Assembly: GCA_028534125.1 (NCBI GenBank)
Contig: CM052817.1
Span: 46,688,001-46,752,000, forward strand
Direction: 5' to 3'
DNA length: 64,000 nucleotides
Source of the DNA: Lama glama
Taxonomy: Eukaryota
The notes beneath the pieces are model-generated. The model was not told the origin of the DNA. It ran no database searches and was given only the letters and a program-made list of their open reading frames with translations. The translations under genes and the position numbers were made by a program. Of the stretch, positions 41,161 to 53,000 are shown piece by piece; position 1 is the first letter of the stretch, and every line of letters starts with the position of its first letter.

Positions 41161-44100
41161 ATGCACACATACCTGTAAATATACATTCTTCTCATGAGAA
41201 ATATATGAAATTAAAAAAAGTGGAATTATTATCTATTGTTCTTAAGCCAATCACAATGCCTCCCAGAACATAGACTACTTCTTTCTAAACAAGTCCTCTT
41301 TATTTGGAGAAATGTGGCTTGCTTTTGATGGTCCTAATAAAGAATAAGGACATATGTGCTCTCCAGGATTCTGTGGGGGGTAAGGAATTTGTGAGTGGAC
41401 TGCACTGTGGCCTCACAACTTCTGTCGTGAGAAAGGTAATGAAATGGTTTAGAGCGCATGTCCATTCCCATCCTCAGTACCTCACGGTCGTTCTTGCACT
41501 GAATCAGTTTTATGTCAGGAAATGCATCTGCTGTCCACCTCATCACAAAGTTAGGGAGGCCTGCTCTCTCATCCAACACAGTTCTGAGTGTAGAAGAGCC
41601 AGTCCCTCAGCCCTGGGAAGAAGCCATGGAGTGAGTATCTGTGTATTGCCTGTGGTGCTCCACATTTTCCTCCTTGTTGCAATTTAAAAAACCTCAAGGG
41701 ACCCTCTTTCCCACAGTGAAGAAGCAGTCTTTGTGTTGACACGTATTCTTTGTACCAGCCTCTGGGGCTAACCCTGCCCTCTGCCCCCTGACAGACTGCT
41801 CTAGTGCTCTAGAGCCCAGCCCAGTGACATGGCTAACCTTACCTGACATGTTAGGGTGTTCATCGCCTTGCTGATGCCCCCTTCCATCAATGGAAGATGT
41901 GTGTGGCTTCTGATGCCCCCTGATACTCAGCCGTGCGGTTTCGCAAATCACCAACCAAATTACTCCATCTGAGGTGGGTGAGGGCCAGGATGGGCTTCTT
42001 CTCTCTGTCACTTTCAGCACCTAGTGGTCCTACTCCTTATTCTCCAGTGATCCTGCTCCTTAATTCAGTTCTTCTCTGAAATTCTTAAGTCTAGCGTTTT
42101 TAAGGAACCAGTTCCTAGGGTCCAGATACCAACTGATTAAGTGAATGAAAGAAGAAATTTGCAACAAACAGACCTAAGATCAGAGTGGAGATAAAGAGTA
42201 AATATTTAAAAACGTGATCTGTTCATTTGATGCAGCATTTCTCAGAAACTGTGCAAGTAACTGCTTATAGTCTAGTACTGAAGTAATTATACAAGGTCCA
42301 CCTGAATTAAACACAATGAAAAAATGGTTATTAATCTACATATATATCAATCATCATATGTAACATTTTTTGAACATAAAATTTTTAATTAGTCAGAGAA
42401 AGAGCTTACTCTTCCCAAAAGATAAATCTCAAAGTGCTAAAGCACTTTCTTTGGTGCCAGGCAAGTATTCGTGTATTTATTCATCAGTCACTCACACAAG
42501 AGAGATAACAGGGATAATTTTAGATCGGTTGGACTGATGCAAAAGTGACACCATCATAGGGAAAGTTACTAGGTCTATCAGTTTTGAATATGCAGTTCTT
42601 GATGTATTTTAACTTGGGGGAATTTTCATTATTTAACTTTTTAAAAATAAAATATATCATTATTATTATCTTAAAGCACAAATGTGCATAATTCAAATTT
42701 ACATAAAATTCAGTTTACTGTATCTACTATTTTTGGAAGTCCAGGAAATTGCTGTAAGTCAGGAGTCTATGATTTGTAGTTTAGAATATTTAGAGCCCAT
42801 AGCATAAATCAATTTATTCAGCTAATTTTTATCAAATATCCGTTATATATCAGGTTATGCTAAGTGCCAAGGGAGACACATAACTTCTGGTTCATGATCC
42901 CTTCTGGTAAGAAACAATATCTAGTTAAGGAGATAGACGTACAAATGAATTGATACTATTAAATGGACTTGCTCTCAGGAGTCAGAACTATGTGTGCTTA
43001 AATTCCAGCCGTAGGACTCCGATTTCACATATTTAAAATGGATATAAAATCTACCAAGTTATAATAAAATGTGAATGCTATAATAAGTCAAGTTCAAAAA
43101 GCAAATGAGGCATCAGAGAAGGAAATAACTAACTCAATGCAGGGAAATATCCTCAGAGAAGGTGACCTTTGTGTTGAGTTAAGCAGATAAAGAAGAGCGA
43201 GAAAGACATACCAGGCAGAAGGAGAAAGCATGCGTGAAAAAGCACAGTGTGTTCATGAATAGGGTGAAAAGGAAACTGATTAGAATATCAAAGGAGGGGT
43301 GAAAAAAAGATCGAAAAGATAATGAATCACTTTATAAAGTGACTAAGGGAAGCAAAGAGAGTTGTTAGGTGAGAAGGGAAGGGTAGAAATGTGATTCCTT
43401 GTGTGATTCCCACATATCCAACACATCAGTATAAAATAGCAGTCTTATCACACTGTCAGCCGCCCTATCATAAACCAAATCTCTAAAATGTTAACAATTG
43501 TAATAAAAATAACTGACCCCATGTTCTACTCCAGGAGGCAGACTTCACATTTTATTCTGCATTAATGATGTCCTCTGGATTTATGCAACTCCAGCATGGA
43601 CTTACGTGAAGTTCCTAGTTTATCAGTTAAGATTTAGATCAATGAGCAGAGCAGTGATACTTACATGCTTCTTTATTGTCCAGTCAGAGAACATGAAGAT
43701 TCTTTCTAATGCCCAGGCACCATATCTTCCTATTCAGGTCCACATTACCACCTCTTTGTTGGTACTATTTTCCTTATTGTCAAATGCATATCCTTCCTGG
43801 CTAATTTTATATCTACCATCTCAAGAAAAAAAGATAGCAATACTGTTGTTATTGCTCGTGATGTGTTGGCTTCTTGGAGCTAATTTCTATTGAAATGAAT
43901 AAATCCTCTTGCCACTACAGTTCTCTATTATCAGTTATTTAATTTAACCCGGTTATAACATTATTCATGATGATTTAGCATCCATCATATCATGATGAAT
44001 TCTGACTTCCATGACTCTCTTATATGTTATTATTGTGCTTCATCAATGATTACCACAAATGCAAGTCTCTGGTCATCTTAAATTCACTGTTATGACTTCC

Positions 44101-44846
44101 TTAGCATAAATGTAGGTCACACATCTTTCAAACATGTTTTCTCCTAAACTCTTAGATCATAATCACTGCATTTCTAGAGTGCAATCTCTTTCAATGCTAA
44201 ACTGTGCTCTTGGTTTCCACACACAGCCACCAATAGGGAAGATGGATGAGGACCTGTGGTGAAACAAGAAGAGTGATCTTATTCCTGCGAGGGATGCTTG
44301 GCCCGGCTTAAGACCAATCCAGAGGAGCATGATATAACCACATTGATGAAAGCAAGAGAGGACATCAACTGGCAGGGCCCAAGAGCATTAAGGAGTGGTG
44401 GTCTCCAGAGCACTGCTTGACACTTGATATGGAGTTTGTGGAGAGATTGGTGTGACCACATTCGGTGCCAGTGTCAGGGAGCACATTGAGTAAAGGACAC
44501 CTGCCAGCCCCTCTGCCACCATTCCTGCCACATTTGCATATGGTAAGCAGACGTTGCCCTTTGGGAACACAGACAACAAAGAGCTGATAGATGGGACCAC
44601 ACGTGCAGCTCAAGCCCAGGGATCAGTCAACAGCCCACATCCTAAACTCATCCTGTGTCCAATGTGAGTGATTTACAGAAAACTCACCAGTCATAACCTT
44701 ACTTAAGAGGATGCGGGAAATGGAGTTGACCTAAGTAACTTTGGCAAATGATATTTTGACTGGAAATTTTAAGGCTAAAGACAAAAGAAACTGTACGTAG
44801 ACACTGTATTCTCGTTGGTAGGTTTGTTTTACATAGCGATATGGGT

Positions 44847-45096
44847 AATTGGGAGTTTGAGATTTGCAGATACTGACTGGTATATATAAAATAGTTCAGC
44901 AAGTTTATACTGTATAGCACAGGGAACTATATTCGACATTGTAGTAGCTTATAGTGAAAAAGAATATGAAAATGAATATATGTATGTTCATATATAACTG
45001 AAGCATTGTGCTGTACACTGGAAATTGATATAACATTGTAAACTGATTATACTTCAATAAGAAAATAAAATAAATTAAATAAATTAAAAAATAAAA
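44847..45096 (+). mobile_element. Young truncated L1 3' end with 14-bp TSD
   Basis: TSD ATAGCGATATGGGT (44833-44846) / ATAGAGATATGGGT (45097-45110); A-rich tail; body similar to 1200-1430. Confidence 0.92.
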
Positions 45097-45160
45097 ATAG
45101 AGATATGGGTCAACAATTCTGAAACTCCTTCATATGTATCCTGGGGTTGAAAAAAATGCA

Positions 45161-45611
45161 AGATTGCAGCAACATGGATGGATCTAGAGATTATCATACT
45201 AAGTGAAGTAAGTCAGACAAGACAAATATTGTATCACTTGTATGTGGAATCTAAAAAAAAGATACAAATGAACTTATTTACAAGACAGAAGCAGACTCAC
45301 AAACATAGAAAACAAATTTAGAAGAAAGAAGATTAGGGATAAATTAGGAGTTTGGGATTAACAAATACACATTACTATATATAAAATAGATAAACAACAA
45401 GGTCCTACTGTATAGCACAGGGAACTCTATTCAATATCTTGTAATAACCTATAATGGAAAGAATCTGAAAAAGAATATATATGTATATATATGTGTGTGT
45501 GTGTATATGTATGTATGTGTGTGTGTGTATATATATATGACTGAATCACTTTGTTGTGCACTTGAAAATAACACAAAACTGTAAATCAATTATACTTCAA
45601 TTTAAAAAAAA
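45161..45611 (+). mobile_element. Truncated L1 3' end with internal (TA/TG)n
   Basis: TTGCAGCAACATGGATGGATCTAGAG...TACTTCAATTTAAAAAAA; flanked by GAAAAAAATGCA-like TSD. Confidence 0.9.
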
Positions 45612-45625
45612 GAAAAAAAAATGCA

Positions 45626-46460
45626 TGGTAGATAGTGAGAGACAAGTTTCTCACCATCAAAGAGGGAATTGCAAAGGGAGAAGGCTCGAATGATCTCTGT
45701 GGTTCTGGAGTGGTTAGAGACATCAATATGAACTCATATTTAGATAGACAGATATTGAAATAATTACATTATATGTATATACATGGGTTAGTATCCAAAC
45801 TTACATCCCTTAGCTCTGATCACTGAGTCTAGAAATAGTGATACCACATTAGCAATAAGCACATCCAGTGCTCAGATTCTTGTTTCTAATACCATTTTCT
45901 AGTAAACAGAACCAGAACTTCTTGGAGACATGGCTGCTCCCAGGTCTGGGGAAGGGAAAATACACGATGAACCCAGAGCATCTCAAAGTGCCAAAGAGTA
46001 AGAATCATTCAAAAGAAGCAAAGAAAGTATGGGAGTATGTCAAGGGGCACAGGAGCCAACCTGCAAGAACTCTCAAAGGCCAAAGCTGGAATAATTTGAA
46101 CAGCAAAATAAATAATGTAGCATTGAATTATAACCCAAAGTATAAAATAAATATACACGAATCCATATTGATATAAATGATTAAATAAATAAATGGAGTG
46201 AAGTGACAGATCTTTCTCACAAGAATTCTAAATAATAGATGTTGATACTCCCCCTTCTAGAAGCTTCATCCTCTCCCTCCCTCACTTGAGTGTGGGCTGA
46301 ATTAGTGACTCCCTTCCAAACATAGAGTATGGAAAGGGAAAAAAACTTTACAGCAAGAAACCTGGCAAACATTCCTTTAATCAAGTACTCAATCTTAGCA
46401 TCCCTGGTGATAAATCCTGTGGCTATGATGTACCCTCTGATGTGATATGAAGAGAAGAGT
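45626..46460 (+). mobile_element. Old L1 (L1MC/L1MD-type) 3' region hosting the two younger L1 insertions
   Basis: AGCAATAAGCACATCCAGTGCTCAGATTCTTGTTTCTAATACCATT and GAGTGTGGGCTGAATTAGTGACTCCCTTCCAAA motifs. Confidence 0.7.
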
Positions 46461-47411
46461 GCTTCACACACACACATACACACACACACACATTCACACA
46501 CAGATTAGTGTGTCTGCACCATTTTTGTGCCCAATCTTCCACACTGTGCAGCAAAAGACAAACTGCAATGGCCAACCAGTCAGAATGATGCACTTGCCAG
46601 GCCAACCTCTCAGAACCAGAGAGGGCCTTGGACTCCTGGATCACTCTTTGGGTCAAGTGTCTATGTTCCTCTGGGAATCTGGCTGACCCTGGGGGGAGTG
46701 GGGATGCTGGGATCTTGGAGTCCCACATTCTAGAGAGTCTTTTTTCAAAAATTTTAAGTTCCCTTTCAGGGCCTGGGCTGCAGTGCCACCCAGACCTGGC
46801 CCCATGTGCATCCAGTTCTGTGGAAATGCCTTACTCAAAAATTTCTAGGTCTAGCTCTAGGAGCTTCCATGAGCCAGTTTCTCCCTTTAAAGGCTATCGT
46901 TGACCTTTGTGACGATTGCAACGAAATGTGGAAAAATATCTGATATAGTCAACAGGAGGACAAAGTAGGGGTTGGGGGTAGATGGGGAGGGAGTGTGGAA
47001 TTAACGTTATTACTATGGTTAAAAAAAAGCAAGCTGTGGATAGCATTAGTATGAGATCAATTTTATACAAATTTAAAAAATACTCAAACTAGTAAGGCTG
47101 TAAATGATTTTTAAGTGTGTAAATTCATAGACAATGGTCTGATGTCAGTAGCAACCTCTAGGAAGATGGAAAAGAGGCTCGGTATTGAGCATAACATCTT
47201 AATATTTTACAACAAAATTTCACATTCTAACACTTGACCTCCAACAGTTCAATATATTGTAATCATTTTTTTACTATAACTCTGCCCAGATTTCCTAATC
47301 CTCTCTTCCAATGATGCATCCCCAAACTTGGTCTTACATTTTTCTTGTATGGTCATCCTAAACTGCCTCAAATTTCTTCTAGGGTCAGCTCTTATCCTAA
47401 TTCAATTAGTA

Positions 47412-48235
47412 CCGTAGTCCCCCTTATCCATGGCTTCACATTCTGTAGTTTCAGTTACTCAGGTCAACTACAGTTTGAAAATATTAAGTTGAAAATTCCA
47501 GAAATTAACAATTCATAAGTTTTACATTGCATGCTTTTCCAAGTAGCATTTTGAAATCTCATGCCGTCTTGCCCAGGACATGAATCATCCTTTTGTCCAG
47601 CATGCCCCACCTGTTAGTCACCTATAACTTTCTCAGTAATCAGATCAGCTGTCCCTGTATCAGTGTACTTGGGTTCAGGTCACCCTTATTTTACTTAATA
47701 ATCCCTCCAAAGTGCACTGGGAGTAATGCTGGCAATTACAATATGCCAAAGAGAAGCTATGAAGCACTTACTTTAAGTGAAAAGGTGAAAATTCTCCACT
47801 TAAGAAGGAAAGAAAAAGAATCGGGCTGAGGTTGTTAAGAATAGTAAGGATAAATATTTTATCTGTAAAGTTGTGGAGGAGGAAAAAGAAATTCATGCTA
47901 TTTTTCCTATCACATCCCAAACTGCAAAAATTACAGCCACAATGTGTGATAAGTGCTTAGTTAAGATAGAAAAGGCATTAAAATTGTACAATAAGGTATT
48001 TTAAGAAGTAAGACCACATTCACATAAGTTTTATTGCAGTATATGTAATAATTGTTCTATTTTTATTATTATTTGTTGTTAACCTCTTACTGTGCCTAAT
48101 TTATATATTAAATTTTATCATAGTTATGTATGTATGGGATGAAACATAGTATATATAAGATTTGGTGCTATCTGGGATTTCAGGCATCCATTGGGAGTTT
48201 TGGAATGTATTCCCTGCAGAAAAGGGGGACAACTG
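47412..48235 (+). mobile_element. Tigger-family (MER44/Tigger7-like) DNA transposon derivative
   Basis: Terminal inverted repeats CCGTAGTCCCCCTTATCC / AGAAAAGGGGGACAACTG, TA duplication at both ends; transposase N-terminal remnant MPKRSYEALTLSEKVKILHL. Confidence 0.9.
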
Positions 48236-48563
48236 TATCTTTACAATCATTTCTACCTTCTGGGTCCCTCACATTTATTATTGGGTCATAGTAGTAAGAA
48301 AAAGCCATGTTTTATATGCCTTACCTATACCACAGTTTCTATTCTTTTATTTGAAACTATCATAATGTTAAAATATTCCTTTGAATGTCTATAATCCCTA
48401 ACTCAGAACAATATTAATGTTTCTTTTACATAATTAACCCAGAAGGAACTGAAAGTCCTCTGCTGAGATGGGGGAAGAGAGAACAGTGGGACTTTGACAG
48501 AACTTACAAAAATTTCAGAATGGCAACACATCTTTGAAAAATAACAGTCATGGACAATTATGT

Positions 48564-48737
48564 TAGATTCTTTTCATTTTTTTTTTATTAATTGTAGCAT
48601 AGAGAAGAGAGGCAAAATGTTTAAAGAAATCCGTGTTCTTTAGATAGGGCGTTGGTTTAGCACCAACAGAAAAAGAAAAACAGATGAATAAGCTCTGGGT
48701 CTCCATTTCTCTTTCTTTCTCTTCTTCTCAGGGTAGG
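48564..48737 (-). other. ALB: ALB exon 15 (3' UTR) with AATAAA; 3' end approximate
   Basis: CAG acceptor at 48738-48740, exon begins CCTACCCTGAGAAG; AATAAA on minus strand at 48584-48589. Confidence 0.82.
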
Positions 48738-50018
48738 CTGAAGAACAAAAGGATAAATATAATTACTGTTTATAAAATGGTATTTTTTTCAAACCTATTC
48801 AAGTGAATGCTAAATTGCTTAGATTGTCTTTCTGCAATTTCTACCAGTGAAAATGACTCAAGCCTGTCCTAGACTCATGGCAGGTGAACACTTCTGTTGT
48901 GTTCTCCCCTAAGAGGACACACCAGTAAGGACTGTATAGACCCCTCTTTGTCACTGATGTCATCAGGCTCCTCAGGCTTCAACATCACAGGCTTTTCATC
49001 ATCAGCTGTCAGTCATTTACTTAACACTACTTCTCACCTAAGTTAATTACAAACAAAAAAGTTGTCTTCTCAAAGTTAGACCTTTAGGAAGAACATCTTG
49101 CCATGTAGGACTAAAACAAATCACATTTGAAATGCCCAAATTTGCAGAGATATGAAACTGGTTCCTTGCCTGAATGCATTATATGTAGGTATTGCCATAA
49201 GGACAATGAGCAAGTTAAAACCTAAAGTGGAATAAACATCACAGTTGGTTTGAAAAATATGGAAATAATTCATGCAAGAAAAAATAGTTGAACAACTTGC
49301 TTCAAAAAAGGAAGTTATTCTATTTTTTAATTTCCCCCAAAATATTATAACCAAATGGGTAAAACATGTTCATGTTCAAACAACTAAATTTTAAAGGGAG
49401 TCTTTTGTCATAAGAAGAGAAATTCTCTTAAGGCTCAGTATGTTGACACATTGAAAACTTAGTAGCAGATTACTGACTTATAGTAGAAGTTCACAGAAGA
49501 TAGACTTATATTCTCCAGTGAAATGAATGTGCTCTGGAGCTATATGGTTGAACTATGCAAAATCATTCATAGTCAACTGGTCTTTTACATACAAAAATGC
49601 ACCTTCATATGGTCTGGCCTGTTACCTAACATATTCCACTGCTGAACCACTGCTGCCTAGCTGAATGACTATCTTCTGTGTCATATTAGGTCAGAACAAG
49701 ACAATGGTTAACTCTCAAACTCTGGTTTGAATTTTGAATTTTGGCTCCATCTCTCACTAGCTGGATGGTCCTTGGGTGAATGACTTAACCTATCCCTTGA
49801 TCTGGGCCTTCATTTTCTCATCTTCAAAATGAGAATATTTATGGTACTCAACTCAAGCAAGTATTTTGAGAATTAAAGAAGTTAATATACATAACAAGCT
49901 TAGAACAGTGGTTGGCATTGGTCATTTGATCTTTGCTATTTTAATAATAACTTTTATAATTGCTTTAAAAAAAAAACCCAAAGTATAGTTACCTGAGATG
50001 CTTACGATTGTGTTGTTT

Positions 50019-50060
50019 TTAGGCTAAGGCTGTTCGAGTTGCAGCAACAAGAAGTGGACC
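50019..50060 (-). CDS. ALB: ALB exon 14 coding part (exon 49993-50060)
   Basis: [13 protein letters not shown] then TAA at 50019-50021; 68-nt exon ending CTCAG/GTAACT. Confidence 0.95.
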   Translation of the reverse strand, partial: GPLLVAATRTALA

Positions 50061-53000
50061 CTAAATACAAAGAAATGACAGAAGTGGGGAAAATATTAAC
50101 ATCACTATTAAAATTTTAAAAGTAACATTTATACAGCCATTGGTGATTACAAAGTAATTTTACATACATCACATCCTTTAATTCCAGCTTAGTACTAGAA
50201 TCTCTAGAAGGAAGCTCACTGGCATAACTGCCCCCAAAGGAATAAAAAAAATTACTGTTAAGTCGTAGGGGGAAATAGTAAATGATTCAGACATTTAACT
50301 GTAAACTACCCCATTACCCTGTAAAGCCAAGCACTGAGATTCAACCAAATCACAAACCAGCATTTTTCAAGAAATTGCTTAAATAGATTAATGTTTTGGT
50401 TTGGTAATGTCTCTGCCAGAAGATTTCAGGCCTTACAAATATTTGTGTCTATATATAAACATCACAACTTTGGAAAGAGAACAAATACTAAGCAGGAGAT
50501 TTTTTTTTAAAAAAAGAGCTATTTCAGTCTTTTGTAAGACAATTGATAAGATTTCTATTCTGCATGCACAGTGTCCTTCAGACACTTAAAGCCTGATCAA
50601 AAGCAACAGCAAAGGGAATGAGACACACAAACATGAAGACAAACAACGCCAGTACCTCCACACTAAAGCAGCCCTCTTTGTCAACCGCTGCGCAGCACTT
50701 CTCTACAAAAGCTACAAATTTCTCCATAACAGTCTTCAGTTGTTCGTCTGTTGCCTTAGGCTTGTGTTTCAACAGTTCAGCGAGTGCACTGCATTTGAAT
50801 GAAAACAAAAAGGAAAGAAAAAAAGAAAAAAAAAGTTTACTCACTAAAGAAGAATGGAGATGGTAAAGATGGTAGCACTGCTGGTTAAGATTATAAATCT
50901 CAGAGCCAGGCAACTCTGGCTTTGAGGCCCAGGCTTACCATTGAAAGTGTCAATATTCACATTTACACAGTGAGGAGAATAAAATCCACCTTCACAGGGT
51001 TAGTGGATGGATCAAATTAAGCACTGACTGTAAACTGCTCAACATTTGTAGTGTCAGTAAATCTCAACAAACCGTTCTCTAGTAAATCAGCGGGAGGGAT
51101 GATGTCGTTGCATTTATACGCTATTAACATTTTGGAAATTATGCCATATTGAATTTTATAGCTATTTAAGAGCTAAAAAGGATCCTTAAAAACTTACTTA
51201 TCTTGGGCTCCACTTTAAAAGTTTCTAATCTGAGAATCTTTATATTTGGTTTTTGTAATTTGCCCCATTAAAAGTTAACTGTGGAGAGGCCACAGGAAAT
51301 AGGACTATTCAAATTCATGGGAGCTGGTGGTTCTCTTTCATTGGCATCTATAGAGAGAACAGTGCTAGGGAGAGGGTCATGTGGGGATGATAGGCTTTGC
51401 AATAGTACTCTTAAGTCTATGGTCATGATCAGAAGCCACCAGAGATCATAGCAACCTTATGTTGCTAAATTTCATGCAATTATAACCCCTTGTGACAGTA
51501 ATAGGGAGTCAAGCCTCAGAACTCACAATCCCAGATGTTTTTAATCCAAGTTTCATTCTCAAAAGTCAGATCTTGAGGGTTTGTCTCACCTGTGGGTTGC
51601 CATAGAACAAACTGAAAATAACCATTCATATCTAGAAATAAATTCTCCTCTGATTTCTACTAACTGATTTGCTATCTGCAGAAATGCCTCAGTTAATTCT
51701 TCAGCTTTTTTCCTGGAGCTAGGCTAAGATAATATTCTACTGCAGCTTTTATCCACAAGATTATTCTGAATGATTTAGAGGCAAGATTATGATACAGTTT
51801 TTTTTCTTTTGCTAAGAAAACAAAACACTATTTTATTCTTGAAACTTTTATCAGCTTAATATGGCCAATACTTAAGTGTTTAAGGTATATAACTACTTCA
51901 GAAAAAGTTGCTCTTTTCAATTTACAGTTCTCACTATCAAGACTAAAATATATGCAGTAATTAAATACTCCTCACGTTTGTTTCTTGATTTGTTTCTCAG
52001 GCTCAGAAACTGAGCATAAATCTGCATGGAAGGTGAATGTTTTATCATCAAATTCTTTGGGTTCATATGTTTCATCGGCTGCCAGAGAAGAAAAGCATGG
52101 TCGTCTGTTCACCAAGGACTCTGTGCAGCACTTGGTAACTCTGGGGCTCACTGGTGTCTTCTCATGCAACACGCACAACCGGTTCAGGACCAGGGACAGC
52201 TAAAAACAGGCCAGAGAGCAGAAATTCAGAAGTATAATGAAAAGTTTTGTTATACTTTAACTAGCAACATTGAATCCAGGGGTGATTTGAGGCAGTGATT
52301 TGCTTATCTTTAGAACTGCAAGTAATAAGGGACTATGAGCAGTCTTTTCTCTTTTAATCAAATATGGCTACATTTTAAGAACAATTTACTTGAGAAAACA
52401 ATTGATTAAAAAATTTGAGGTGAGTCCTGAAATATGTGTTAGAGTAGGGAAGAAACAGTCCTATGCTGATACATTAAAGAAAAGACCCCAAAAAATAATA
52501 ATTTAGAAAATGCCAGGATAGAACATTGAAAATTCATGGAAATTTTTCAAAACAATTGATCATTTTTAGAATTGTATATAAATCTTCATTCTGATGGTCA
52601 GGATAATATAGGTGAACAAGTCCTGGCTTTCACTACCATATACACAACACATACATACACCCTGCTTCTGAAAGTTAGCTTTGTCCATATCTAAAAGCAA
52701 AGAATCATCATTTTTAACTTTATTATATTTTAAAAGACTCACGTAGTCTTCAGCACAGGACATTCTATTTGATTCAGGAAGTGTACAACATTTAGTGCCC
52801 ACTCTTCCTAGGCCTCTTGCGACTTCCACGAGCGTTGGAGTTGACACTTGTGGTAGTTTCTTAGTGTAACGAACTAAGATGCTGTAACAAAATAGTTCAT
52901 ATCCTTTCAGCCAGGCAAGAAACTGTCTTTTTATAACATAATATGTCAAGCAGAGAATACTTAGCCAAAAATCTATGCAGATGGTTTTCCATTTATAAAA

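Noticed and set aside
47593..47829. ORF containing a transposase-like N-terminus
   Set aside because: Decayed remnant in a non-autonomous Tigger/MER44 element; stops follow immediately.
50040..52170. Possible change in albumin FcRn binding
   Set aside because: H464, H510 and H535 equivalents are retained and Pro573 is the usual non-primate state; nothing exceptional can be claimed.
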